Source: Chiloscyllium plagiosum (Eukaryota). Taken from it: a stretch of 64,000 bases of DNA. Shown one piece after another: positions 23,463 through 35,989 of the stretch (positions within the stretch are counted from its first letter, which is position 1; every line of letters begins with the position of its first letter). The translations under genes and the position numbers were made by a program. The notes under the pieces were generated by a model that worked only from the letters and a program-made list of their open reading frames with translations, was not told where the DNA came from and ran no database searches. The stretch lies in assembly GCF_004010195.1 (NCBI RefSeq), contig NC_057719.1, positions 2,017,280 to 2,081,279 of the forward strand. Reading direction: 5' to 3'.

Positions 23463-24864
23463 GAAACGCTTTCCTCTGGCTCCTGATGTGATTCAGCAAG
23501 GGACACTGGTTGTACCAAAACACATGGAGTTTAAAGTAGAAGATGTACTGGCCTCTCATTCGCAGAATCAGTGTGGGCGATGAAGGCCAATGGTGGGAAC
23601 ATCCCAAAATCCAATAACCCAAAGGGTGAACTACACTCATGCACCATCCCACTCGCTGGGTTCAGGGCGGCTCAGCCAGGCTTACTGAAACTCTTCATTC
23701 TCTTCCACCAAGAATGGGCCGAATGGCCTCCATCTCTGCTATGTGATTACTCTGATCCTACGAAGAAGAGCTTTGAGGAGAATGAAAGAAAAGAGCAAAG
23801 TTGAGCCAACACAAAGTGTGTGAGGTGTTTATTCATTGATGGAGAAGTGCACCCTCTTCCTGAGCAAGATGATTAAAGCTGCGACATTAACATCCCAGCT
23901 GACGACGGGGATCCAAGTGACATCTCCCAAGATTTCAACACCTACTGACCCTGAAATAAGAAATCCCTGAGGTTTGGCAAAGAGGTGTGGTTTAATTTCC
24001 ATCTTCCACTACTTTGGTTTTGACAAATGTGCAATGGTGGTTGTCAAGGAAACTCCAAGTGATTCTAAATGAACCTGAGGGGGCTGTTGCCAGGGCGATG
24101 AGACCCTACTGATTTGTACACAAGAGCAGAGGCTCCACATTGCATCCTCCGGCTCCCATTCCCTCCACAAGGTAAATCCCTCAAGGTGCACTCAATCTCC
24201 AACTCTCAATCAGCCCCAGAACCCTCGCTTTTTGACTTGGCCTTGCTGTACACAATTCCTATTGTCACCTTCATTGCTCTGAACTGTGTAACTTCCTCCT
24301 TTGCAAACCTCCTTCTTTCACTTTGAGAATTCTTTGTTTTCCAACAATGATACATCTCTCCCCCTTATTAATTTAACTAATTACCTTATTCATAAAGCAC
24401 AGTCACCTGCCACTCTCTCTTCCCCCCTCCACACCCTTTCAAAACTCAACCACTTTGATATGAATCCCCTTCCCTCCCCCCCCCAAGCTCATCCTCGGGT
24501 TGAATTTGACTGTTATCTGATCGTACCTCATTACACTTAGCAACATGACGATACATTGCGTTGCAGTGTGGTTGCTGGATCCATTGTCTCACTTAGAATC
24601 CGGAAGTTGTCTCAGTGTGTTCAGGGATCAACTGTATCTGAGCCTGTTAATTAGAAAACACTTCAGACCTTTATCTTGTTGGTAACTAACATACAAATGG
24701 TTGCAATGGATTTGTACCAGTGAAAGAGCCAATAAACTACAAACTGTAAACCTCACGGACCAGCTGAGTGTCAGTAAGTCACCATGGCGTATATTTAAAA
24801 TAAACCACAAACAGCAGGCTCAGCAAGGACAGAGGAAGGGTGCACAAGGTGTTGTTGGGAAGTG

Positions 24865-25806
24865 GTTACATATAGAACAAAGATAATCGGGAGAGAATGA
24901 TGTTCACCCAGGAGTAAACGACAAACTGGAATTTAATTGAGGGCTTCGGGTTGGTTTATATATAGAAAACAGATACCCGGGAGTGAGGTACAGACTGGAA
25001 TCTAATCATGCGGTTTGGGGTGGTTTATATACAGAATAACAGATACCCGGAAGGGAATTACAGACTGGAATCTAATCGAGGGGTTCGGGGTGGTTTATAT
25101 CTAGAATAACAGATACCTAGGACTGAGATACAGACTGGAATCTAATCGAGATGTTCAGGGAGGTTTATATAAAGAATAACAGATACTCAGGAGTGAGTTA
25201 CAGACTAGAATCTAATTGAGTGGTTCAGGGTGGGTTATACACAGAATAACAGATACCTGAGAGTGAGTTACAGACTGGAATCCTGAGAGTGAGTTACAGA
25301 CTGGAATTTAATTGAGTGGTTCAGGGTGGTTTATATACAGAATAACAGATACCCGGGAGTGAGTTACAGACTGGAATCTAATTGAGGGGTTCAGGGTGGT
25401 TTATATACGGAATAACAGATACCTGGGAGTGAGTTACAGACTGGAATCTAATCGAGGGGTTCAGGGTGGTTTATATACGGAATAACAGATACCCGGGAGT
25501 GAGTTACAGACTGGCATCTAATTGAGGGGTTCAGGGTGGTTTATATACAGAATAACAGATACCCGATTGTGAGTTACAGACTGGAATCTATTTGAGGGGT
25601 TCGGGGTGGTTTATATACAGAATAACAGATACCCGAGTGTGAGTTACAGACTGGAATCTAATCGAGGGGTTCGGGGTGGTTTATATACAGAATGACAGGT
25701 ACCCGGGAATGAGTTACAGACTGGCTTATAATTGGGGGGTTTGGGGTGGTTTACACTGTATGTAGAATATAAGATCCTTGGGAAATGTTACAGACTGTAA
25801 TCTAAT
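24865..25806. repeat. 70-bp minisatellite, about 13 copies
   Basis: Unit acccgggagtgagttacagactggaatctaatcgaggggttcagggtggtttatatacagaataacagat, with anchors at 25351, 25421, 25491, 25561, 25631 and 25701. Confidence 0.95.
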
Positions 25807-26196
25807 TTAATTTTGAATGATGGTACAGGTGATATCAAACATTGTTATGACCAATTTATAACTTTGAAGAAAGGAAATGTTTGTCATAAAAATGTAAATA
25901 GATCTGTTTGTAAAGGTTCTGTTTATTGAAGCTTCAATAGCACTGGGCGGCAATAGGAAATGCTTTAGCTGTTTGGGATTGTTTACGGAATTACCTGACG
26001 CTGCTGATTGATGTGGTTCACACTTCAACAGGGAGCCCACACCTCCATCAGGTATTCCGACTCACAGCAACGAGTACAAACCCTCTTTACACAGCTCTCC
26101 AAATCTGCAATTAGCCCACAGTCCCATCCACAGCACAGAGACCAAGTGCAGTGAGGCCAGACTGAGAACAATCCTGCCTTGGCTCCTTAAAGCGTG

Positions 26197-26396
26197 TAGG
26201 AGAAAGTGAGGTCTGCAGATGCTGGAGATCAGAGCCGAAAATGTGTTGATGGAAAAGCGCAGCAGGTCAGGCAGCATCCAGGGAACAGGCGAATCGACGT
26301 TTCGGGCATAAGCCCTTCTTCAGGAATTCCTGTTCTCGATTCTCCTGTTCCCTGGATGCTGCCTGACCTGCTGCGCTTTTCCAGCAACACATTTTC
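26197..26396. mobile_element. Palindromic Penelope-derived element with TSD
   Basis: ggctccttaaagc at 26181-26193 and 26397-26409. Confidence 0.85.
26291..26329 (-). ncRNA. Minimal hammerhead ribozyme motif (family A), intact core
   Basis: Minus strand: GAAUUC-CUGAAGA-A-GGGC-UUAU-GCCC-GAAAC-GUC-GAUUC. Confidence 0.7.
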
Positions 26397-26439
26397 GGCT
26401 CCTTAAAGCATGGAGGAAGGAATGTCATTTCCACAGGCC

Positions 26440-26720
26440 CACTTTACAATCTGAAGCATCCTGAAACACCTGGCAAACAAAACCAAAACTTGGAAATATC
26501 TGCGCTGTTGGAATGAAAGAAGCTGTCCAATTTGCACACAGCAAGATCCCACAGAGAGTGTGCCTTTCACTGATGGTGATTTATGGAGATTATTGACCAG
26601 GACATGTGGAGAGAGAAATCCACTGCTTCGCCATCAAATTGCACCAGGGAAGATCCTAAATCCACTGGTGTAAGAAGGTGTTGTGTAATTTAGAGTCTCA
26701 CACAACACATACCATAATGT
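26440..26720 (-). mobile_element. DeuSINE remnant leading into the 33-bp minisatellite
   Basis: ccaatttgcacacagcaagatcccaca...tattgaccaggaca...gatcc...tccac matches the reverse complement of the Deu-SINE body as I recall it. Confidence 0.55.
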
Positions 26721-27712
26721 AGCACTCCTTCAGCACTGACCCTCTGACAGTGCGGCACTCCTTCAGCACTGACTCTCCGACAGTGCGGCACTCCCTCATC
26801 ACTGACCATCTGACAGTGCGGCACTCCCTCATCACTGACCATCTGACAGTGCGGCACTCCCTCAGCACTGACCCTCTGACAGTGCAGCACTCCCTCAGCA
26901 CTAACCCTCTGACAGTGCCCACTCCCTCAGCACTGACCCTCTGACAGTGCGGCACTCCCTCAGCACTGACCCTCCGACAGTGCGGCACTCCCTCAGNNNN
27001 NNNNNNNNNNNNNNNNNNNNNNNNNNNNNNNNNNNNNNNNNNNNNNNNNNNNNNNNNNNNNNNNNNNNNNNNNNNNNNNNNNNNNNNNNNNNNNNNNNNN
27101 NNNNNNNNNNNNNNNNNNNNNNNNNNNNNNNNNNNNNNNNNNNNNNNNNNNNNNNNNNNNNNNNNNNNNNNNNNNNNNNNNNNNNNNNNNNNNNNNNNNN
27201 NNNNNNNNNNNNNNNNNNNNNNNNNNNNNNNNNNNNNNNNNNNNNNNNNNNNNNNNNNNNNNNNNNNNNNNNNNNNNNNNNNNNNNNNNNNNNNNNNNNN
27301 NNNNNNNNNNNNNNNNNNNNNNNNNNNNNNNNNNNNNNNNNNNNNNNNNNNNNNNNNNNNNNNNNNNNNNNNNNNNNNNNNNNNNNNNNNNNNNNNNNNN
27401 NNNNNNNNNNNNNNNNNNNNNNNNNNTCTGACAGTGCGGCACTCCCTCAGCACTAACCCTCTGACAGTGCCCACTCCCTCAGCACTGACCCTCTGACAGT
27501 GCGGCAATCCCTCAGCACCGACCCTCTGACAGTGCGGCACTCCCTCAGCACTGACCCTCTGACAGTGCGGCAATCCCTTAGCACCGACCCTCTGACAGTG
27601 AGGCACTCCCTCAGCACTGACCCTCTGACAGTGCGGCACTCCCTCAGCACTGACCCTCCAACAGTGCCACACTCCCTCAGCACTGACCCACTGACAGTGC
27701 GGCAGTATCTCA
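26720..27712. repeat. 33-bp minisatellite spanning the gap at 26997-27426
   Basis: Unit cactccctcagcactgaccctctgacagtgcgg; it produces spurious 11-aa repeat ORFs. Confidence 0.95.
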
Positions 27713-28011
27713 GGGCACACTCTATAGGTGAGTATATACACCACACACTCACGGTCTCTGGCCTACACAAACAGCAGCCTCTCCACACTGCCATGGTACA
27801 TCTCCAAGTCACTACAAGATCATTGTGCAGCTCAGCCTTGCTCTCTGCAGCATGCTGGCACCTCTCATTCTGATGGCATGGCCAAGACATGTTGGTTACA
27901 GGGGCAGGCTCCCAGCTCACAGATCAGACTGAGCAACACCTCACAACCAGCTGCTGCCATACCTGGCACTAACTCACCTTGCGCCTACTTGGATTCTAAC
28001 AGCATCTCTGC

Positions 28012-31000
28012 TTACCCTATCCGACCTTTCCACATCTGACCTTCCATGTCTGACTTTACCCTATCTGACCTTTCCTCTATCTGACCTTTCCCCGTCTGAC
28101 CTTTCCCTGCCTGACCTTTCCTTATCTGACCTTTCACCTATCTGACCTTTCCCTGTCTGACCTTTCCCCGTCTGACCTTTCCCTATCTAACATTTCCCTA
28201 TCGGATCTTTCCCTGTCTGACCTTCCCCTGTCTGACCTCTCCCCATCTGACCTTTCCCTGTCTGACCTTTTCCCATCTGACCTTTCCCCTATCTGACCTT
28301 TCCCTATCTAACATTTCCCTATCTGACCTTCCCCTGTCTGACCTTCCCCCTGTCTGATCTTACCCTGTCTGACCTTACCCTATCTGACCTTTCTCTGTAT
28401 GGCCTTTCCCCTATCTGACCTTTCCCCTTTTTGACCTTACCCTATCTGATCTTACCCTGTCTGACCTTTCCCCTATCTGACCTTTCCCCTGTTTAACCTT
28501 ACCCTATCTGACCTTACCCTGTCTGACCTTTCCTCTATCTGACCTTTCCCCTGTTTGACCTTAACCTATCTGACCATACCCTGTTTGCCCTTACCCTTTC
28601 TGACCTTTCCCCTGCCTGCCCTAACCGTATCTGACTTTTCCCCATCTGACCTTACCCTATCTGACCTTACTCTATCTGACCCCACCCCTTTCTGACCTTA
28701 CCCTATCTGAACCCTCCCCTGTCTGGCCTTACCCTATCTGACCCCTCCCTTATCTGACTGTACCCTATCTGACCTTTCCCTTGTCTGACCTTACCCTATC
28801 TGACCCCTCCCCTGTCTGACCTTACCCTATGTGACCTTTCCCTTGTCTGACCTTACCCTATCTGACCCCTCCCCTGTCTGACCTTACCCTATGTGACCTT
28901 TCCCTTGTCTGACCTTACCCTATCTGACCCCTCCCCTGTCTGACCTTACCCTATGTGACCTTTCCCTTGTCTGACCTTACCCTATCTGACCCCTCCCCTG
29001 TCTGACCTTACCCTATGTGACCTTTCCCTTGTCTGACCTTACCCTATCTGACCCCTCCCCTGTCTGACCTTACCCTATGTGACCTTTCCCTTGTCTGACC
29101 TTACCCTATCTGACCCCTCCCCTGTCTGACCTTACCCTATGTGACCTTTCCCTTGTCTGACCTTACCCTATCTGACCCCTCCCCTGTCTGACCTTACCCT
29201 ATGTGACCTTTCCCTTGTCTGACCTTACCCTATCTGACCCCTCCCCTGTCTGACCTTACCCTATGTGACCTTTCCCTTGTCTGACCTTACCCTATCTGAC
29301 CCCTCCCCTGTCTGACCTTACCCTATGTGACCTTTCCCTTGTCTGACCTTACCCTATCTGACCCCTCCCCTGTCTGACCTTACCCTATCTGACCTTTCCC
29401 TTGTCTGACCTTACCCTATCTGACCCCTCCCCTGTCTGACCTTACCCTATCTGACCTTTCCCTTGTCTGACCTTACCCTATCTGACCCCTCCCCTGTCTG
29501 ACCTTACCCTATCTGACCTTTCCCTTGTCTGACCTTACCCTATCTGACCCCTCCCCTGTCTGACCTTACCCTATCTGACCTTTCCCTTGTCTGACCTTAC
29601 CCTATCTGACCCCTCCCCTGTCTGACCTTACCCTATCTGACCTTTCCCTTGTCTGACCTTACCCTATCTGACCCCTCCCCTGTCTGACCTTACCCTATCT
29701 GACCTTTCCCTTGTCTGACCTTACCCTATCTGACCCCTCCCCTGTCTGACCTTACCCTATCTGACCTTTCCCTTGTCTGACCTTACCCTATCTGACCCCT
29801 CCCCTGTCTGACCTTACCCTATCTGACCTTTCCCTTGTCTGACCTTACCCTATCTGACCCCTCCCCTGTCTGACCTTACCCTATCTGACCTTTCCCTTGT
29901 CTGACCTTACCCTATCTGACCCCTCCCCTGTCTGACCTTACCCTATCTGACCTTTCCCTTGTCTGACCTTACCCTATCTGACCCCTCCCCTGTCTGACCT
30001 TACCCTATCTGACCTTTCCCTTGTCTGACCTTACCCTATCTGACCCCTCCCCTGTCTGACCTTACCCTATCTGACCTTTCCCTTGTCTGACCTTACCCTA
30101 TCTGACCCCTCCCCTGTCTGACCTTACCCTATCTGACCTTTCCCTTGTCTGACCTTACCCTATCTGACCCCTCCCCTGTCTGACCTTACCCTATCTGACC
30201 TTTCCCTTGTCTGACCTTACCCTATCTGACCCCTCCCCTGTCTGACCTTACCCTATCTGACCTTTCCCTTGTCTGACCTTACCCTATCTGACCCCTCCCC
30301 TGTCTGACCTTACCCTATCTGACCTTTCCCTTGTCTGACCTTACCCTATCTGACCCCTCCCCTGTCTGACCTTACCCTATCTGACCTTTCCCTTGTCTGA
30401 CCTTACCCTATCTGACCCCTCCCCTGTCTGACCTTACCCTATCTGACCTTTCCCTTGTCTGACCTTACCCTATCTGACCCCTCCCCTGTCTGACCTTACC
30501 CTATCTGACCTTTCCCTTGTCTGACCTTACCCTATCTGACCCCTCCCCTGTCTGACCTTACCCTATCTGACCTTTCCCTTGTCTGACCTTACCCTATCTG
30601 ACCCCTCCCCTGTCTGACCTTACCCTATCTGACCTTTCCCTTGTCTGACCTTACCCTATCTGACCCCTCCCCTGTCTGACCTTACCCTATCTGACCTTTC
30701 CCTTGTCTGACCTTACCCTATCTGACCCCTCCCCTGTCTGACCTTACCCTATCTGACCTTTCCCTTGTCTGACCTTACCCTATCTGACCCCTCCCCTGTC
30801 TGACCTTACCCTATCTGACCTTTCCCTTGTCTGACCTTACCCTATCTGACCCCTCCCCTGTCTGACCTTACCCTATCTGACCTTTCCCTTGTCTGACCTT
30901 ACCCTATCTGACCCCTCCCCTGTCTGACCTTACCCTATCTGACCTTTCCCTTGTCTGACCTTACCCTATCTGACCCCTCCCCTGTCTGACCTTACCCTAT

Positions 31001-32491
31001 CTGACCTTTCCCTTGTCTGACCTTACCCTATCTGACCCCTCCCCTGTCTGACCTTACCCTATCTGACCTTTCCCTTGTCTGACCTTACCCTATCTGACCC
31101 CTCCCCTGTCTGACCTTACCCTATCTGACCTTTCCCTTGTCTGACCTTACCCTATCTGACCCCTCCCCTGTCTGACCTTACCCTATCTGACCTTTCCCTT
31201 GTCTGACCTTACCCTATCTGACCCCTCCCCTGTCTGACCTTACCCTATCTGACCTTTCCCTTGTCTGACCTTACCCTATCTGACCCCTCCCCTGTCTGAC
31301 CTTACCCTATCTGACCTTTCCCTTGTCTGACCTTACCCTATCTGACCCCTCCCCTGTCTGACCTTACCCTATCTGACCTTTCCCTTGTCTGACCTTACCC
31401 TATCTGACCCCTCCCCTGTCTGACCTTACCCTATCTGACCTTTCCCTTGTCTGACCTTACCCTATCTGACCCCTCCCCTGTCTGACCTTACCCTATCTGA
31501 CCTTTCCCTTGTCTGACCTTACCCTATCTGACCCCTCCCCTGTCTGACCTTACCCTATCTGACCTTTCCCTTGTCTGACCTTACCCTATCTGACCCCTCC
31601 CCTGTCTGACCTTACCCTATCTGACCTTTCCCTTGTCTGACCTTACCCTATCTGACCCCTCCCCTGTCTGACCTTACCCTATCTGACCTTTCCCTTGTCT
31701 GACCTTACCCTATCTGACCCCTCCCCTGTCTGACCTTACCCTATCTGACCTTTCCCTTGTCTGACCTTACCCTATCTGACCCCTCCCCTGTCTGACCTTA
31801 CCCTATCTGACCTTTCCCTTGTCTGACCTTACCCTATCTGACCCCTCCCCTGTCTGACCTTACCCTATCTGACCTTTCCCTTGTCTGACCTTACCCTATC
31901 TGACCCCTCCCCTGTCTGACCTTACCCTATCTGACCTTTCCCTTGTCTGACCTTACCCTATCTGACCCCTCCCCTGTCTGACCTTACCCTATCTGACCTT
32001 TCCCTTGTCTGACCTTACCCTATCTGACCCCTCCCCTGTCTGACCTTACCCTATCTGACCTTTCCCTTGTCTGACCTTACCCTATCTGACCCCTCCCCTG
32101 TCTGACCTTACCCTATCTGACCTTTCCCTTGTCTGACCTTACCCTATCTGACCCCTCCCCTGTCTGACCTTACCCTATCTGACCTTTCCCTTGTCTGACC
32201 TTACCCTATCTGACCCCTCCCCTGTCTGACCTTACCCTATCTGACCTTTCCCTTGTCTGACCTTACCCTATCTGACCCCTCCCCTGTCTGACCTTACCCT
32301 ATCTGACCTTTCCCTTGTCTGACCTTACCCTATCTGACCCCTCCCCTGTCTGACCTTACCCTATCTGACCTTTCCCTTGTCTGACCTTACCCTATCTGAC
32401 CCCTCCCCTGTCTGACCTTACCCTATCTGACCTTTCCCTTGTCTGACCTTACCCTATCTGACCCCTCCCCTGTCTGACCTTACCCTATCTG
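28012..32491. repeat. Satellite of 15/16-bp monomers forming a 62-bp higher-order repeat (about 60 HOR copies)
   Basis: HOR = tctgaccttacccta + tctgacccctcccctg + tctgaccttacccta + tctgacctttcccttg. Confidence 0.97.
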
Positions 32492-32918
32492 GAGCAGGGG
32501 TGATGTTCCCTTTGGGTGTGGGGTGTGGGGATGGTGACAGTAGGATCTGTGGGGGGGCATGTTGGCAGTATGCAGGTGAGTGGCGTTGGACGTGCACTCT
32601 AATCTTGACTCTGTTGTTGACAATATCTTATCAAGGGGGTGGATGTATTGTTGGATAGCACAGTGCTATATCAGGGTCAGTAGTGTTTGGGATGGACACA
32701 CTGCATCCATTTCTCCCATTGTAGGGTCCTGAACCTGGAAGGAAACAGTGCTCAGTCAACCCAAGACCAATCCCTTCAGTCAGAGAGCTGTGGACAGTGA
32801 GTCTGGGGCAACCTCTGATCTCAGTCCAGGGTATGGGCACGGTCAGGGGATTCAGTCATGGTCCTCTCCTAGTAGGGAGTAAGGAACTAAATGTCAGATG
32901 TCCTCAATCCCCTCCCCT

Positions 32919-32920
<2 letters not shown>

Positions 32921-32957
<37 letters not shown>
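32921..32957. repeat. (CT)n microsatellite
   Basis: Directly visible. Confidence 0.95.
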
Positions 32958-32960
<3 letters not shown>

Positions 32961-33112
32961 ACTGTGGACTGTTTTCTCCCGGACTAAGGGGAACGGAGGG
33001 ATTGAGTGAGATCTGAGTGGATGGCACAGCAGATAGAGCTGGTGCTGGTGGGCTAAGGATGAGGAGGTATCTAGAGTGAGTGAGTGAGTTAGGCAATACA
33101 GAGGCGAGGAGG

Positions 33113-33412
33113 GAAGGGTAATTGAGTGGGTGAGAGTGAGTGAGTGAGGGTGGTGGGAAATGGGCACAATAACAGAGATAATCCTCAACTTTCTTGCTTT
33201 TTCCTCCTGGCTGTTTCTGTCCGCCTTGACAATACTGAATGACCCAGCCTGGAAGGGTAATTGAGTGGGTGAGAGTGAGTGAGTGAGGGGATATGTTGAG
33301 GTGGTAGTGAGGGTGGTGGGAAATGGCCACAATAACAGAGATAATCCTCAACTTTCTTGCTTTTTCCTCCTGGCTGTTTCTGTCCGCCTTGACAATACTG
33401 AATGACCCAGCC
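33113..33412. repeat. Local tandem duplication, about 140-160 bp, 2 copies
   Basis: gaagggtaattgagtgggtgagagtg...aatactgaatgacccagcct occurs twice; the second copy has about 20 extra bases. Confidence 0.9.
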
Positions 33413-34060
33413 TCGACAGCCCTCTGTGGGAAAGAATTGCACAGATCCACTCCCCTCAGAGAGAAGAAATTCCTCCTCATTCTCAGCCTTAACTGGGCAA
33501 CCCCTTGCTCTGAGATGCTTATTCATCCTTATTCTGGTCCCAGACTGTCCCACAAGGGAAACAGCTTTTCCCCATTTCCCTCGTCAAGTTCCCTCAGAAT
33601 CATTGTCTGTTTCAATAAGACTGGTTCTCATCCTTCTAGTGAGTACAGGCCCCACCTGCTCATCCTCTCCCCATGAGACAATCCCTTTCCCATCTAGGAT
33701 CAGCTGATTGAACCTTCTCTGGACTGCCTCCAATGCCAGTCTGTCTGTCACAAAAAAACATAAATTACTGGAGAAACTCTGGCAGCATATGTGGGGAGAA
33801 AGCAGGGTTAACATTTCATTTGAATTCCCTATTACTCGTTGACCTTGGTTGAGGTCCCTATTACTCGTTGAGGTTAGTGAATGAGAACTCCCTCTCTTCT
33901 GTACCTTTCTGCAGCCTTTCTCCTTTTAAATAATATTCAGCTCCTCTATTCTTCCTGTCAAATTGTATAAGCTCACATTTCCCCAAATTGTATTCCATCT
34001 GCTAGGATGTTTGCCCACTCACTCAACCTGTCTACACCCCTCTGTATACCTTGTGTGACA
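33385..34060 (-). mobile_element. CR1 LINE 3' fragment
   Basis: Minus ORFs MRRNFFSLRGVDLCNSFPQRAVEAGS and LALEAVQRRFNQLI. Confidence 0.75.
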
Positions 34061-34429
34061 CCCTCACTATATGTCTTCCTAATAATTTGCTGGAGTTTAA
34101 AAGTATTTTATACATGGGGGAGAGGAATGGAACTAAATGGATATATCCTTCTCCATATTAATCTCCCCCGCCCTCTCCTTCACCCTCTCCAATACGTTGC
34201 TGTCCATGTTAGCCAGGCTCTGACACTGGGTGCTCAGGGACAAGGGACTCGTTTCCAAGCTGACTTCCTGCTTTCATTCTCCAGAGTCCACGAGCACAGA
34301 TCCTCCAAATGACTGGAGTGGTTCCCTAACTGGATGAGGGACACGGGTCACACCAGAGTGGGCTGCGAAATTTAATTTAGTTTAAAGAACACTGAAATGC
34401 AAACTCGGCCTCAGTGCACGTTTCATGAG

Positions 34430-34600
34430 CCAAAACAGAAATTGTTGGAGAAACTCAGCAGGTCCGGCAGCTTCCGTGGAGAGAAAAAACACGGGTTACG
34501 TTTCGGGTCGAGGCACCCTTCTTCAGAACTGGATGCTGCCTGTCCTGCCAACTTTCTCCTGCACTTTCAGTTCTCGTTTCAGATTTCCAGCATCCGCAAT
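34430..34600. mobile_element. Palindromic Penelope-type element (family C) with a hammerhead-like core
   Basis: Minus strand CAGUU-CUGAAGA-A-GGGU-GCCUCG-ACCC-GAAAC-GUA at about 34496-34531; flanking inverted arms. Confidence 0.6.
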
Positions 34601-35214
34601 TGTTTAAGATTAACCTCTCATAAAGCTCTCCCGATTGTCATGAAAATACAACGGGTTCATTTTTGTCCTTTCAAGAGGAAAGCCCACAGTCCTGACGCAG
34701 GTATGTGACTCCAGAGCCCACACTGTTGCTGATGACCATAAGAGCCTCTGAAATGATTCACTGCGTTACATCGCTGTGAGATAAAAGCTACACGCTGAGA
34801 CAGACCAAGAATATAACTACTGCCAGCAATCAAATAAGATGGTGAGTAACACTCAGTGAAGGCAATGCCAGTTAACCTGAGATAAAAAGATGTTTAGTTT
34901 GACTGTTCCCCACCCTGTACCCACACAAGATATAGATGATCGATAAGGTTTTGCTTTATCTGCATTCCAATTTTTTTTGTAGTTTAAGGAGTCTGATCAA
35001 CTTGCTGCAACAGTTCAGGAGATTTCCTTTCATTATCCAGCCCTCTCCTCCCATTGTCAATGTCTGGATAGCAACCTTCAAAGAACTAACTTACACAATA
35101 AAAGCATTTTCTCCTTCATAACTACCTTCACCTTTGTTAGGTGGCATTTGTTTTTTAATCATGCAATGGATGTGGGTGTCGCTGGCTGGGCCCAGCATTT
35201 ATTGCCCCTTGAGA

Positions 35215-35989
35215 ACAAAGAACAAAGAAAACTTACAGCCCAGGAACAGGCCCTTCGGCCCTCCCAGCCTGAGCTGATCCAAATCTACTGTCTAAACCTG
35301 TCACCCAATCCCTCAGCATCTGTATCCCTCTGCTCCCCACNNNNNNNNNNNNNNNNNNNNNNNNNNNNNNNNNNNNNNNNNNNNNNNNNNNNNNNNNNNN
35401 NNNNNNNNNNNNNNNNNNNNNNNNNNNNNNNNNNNNNNNNNNNNNNNNNNNNNNNNNNNNNNNNNNNNNNNNNNNNNNNNNNNNNNNNNNNNNNNNNNNN
35501 NNNNNNNNNNNNNNNNNNNNCCTCTCCAAAGCGTCCACATCCTTTTGGTAATGTGGCGACCAGAACTGTACACAATATTCTAAATGCGGCCGGACCAATG
35601 TCTTGTACAATTTTAACATGACTTGCCAGCTCTTATACTCAATACTCATGTATACTATATTCCTTCTTGACCACTCTATCCACCTGTGCAGCAGCCTTCA
35701 GGGTACAATGGACCTGCACTCCCAGATCTCTCTGCCGTCAACTTTTCCCAAGGCTCTTCCATTCACTGTATAATTCGCTCTAGAATTAGACTTGCCTAAA
35801 TGCATCACCTCACATTTGTCTGGACTGAATTCCATCTGCCACTTTTCCGCCCAACTCTCCAGTCTATCTATACCCTCCTGTATTCTCTGACAGCCCCTTA
35901 TACTTTCTGTTACTCCACCAACCTGTGTGTCATCTGCAAACTTGCTGATCATACCAACAGAGTCCTCTTGAAGATCATTTCTGTATAAG
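35215..35989 (-). mobile_element. CR1 LINE RT and 3' end inserted into an L2-type tail
   Basis: ISKFADDTQVGG...WAEKWQMEFSPDKCEVMHLGK and LYKTLVRPHLEYCVQFWSPHYQKD; tgagaa on both flanks. Confidence 0.85.

Noticed and set aside
26690..27920. Repetitive ORFs (EGVPHCQRVSA)n and (VRHSLSTDPLT)n
   Set aside because: By-products of a 33-bp minisatellite that is open in several frames.
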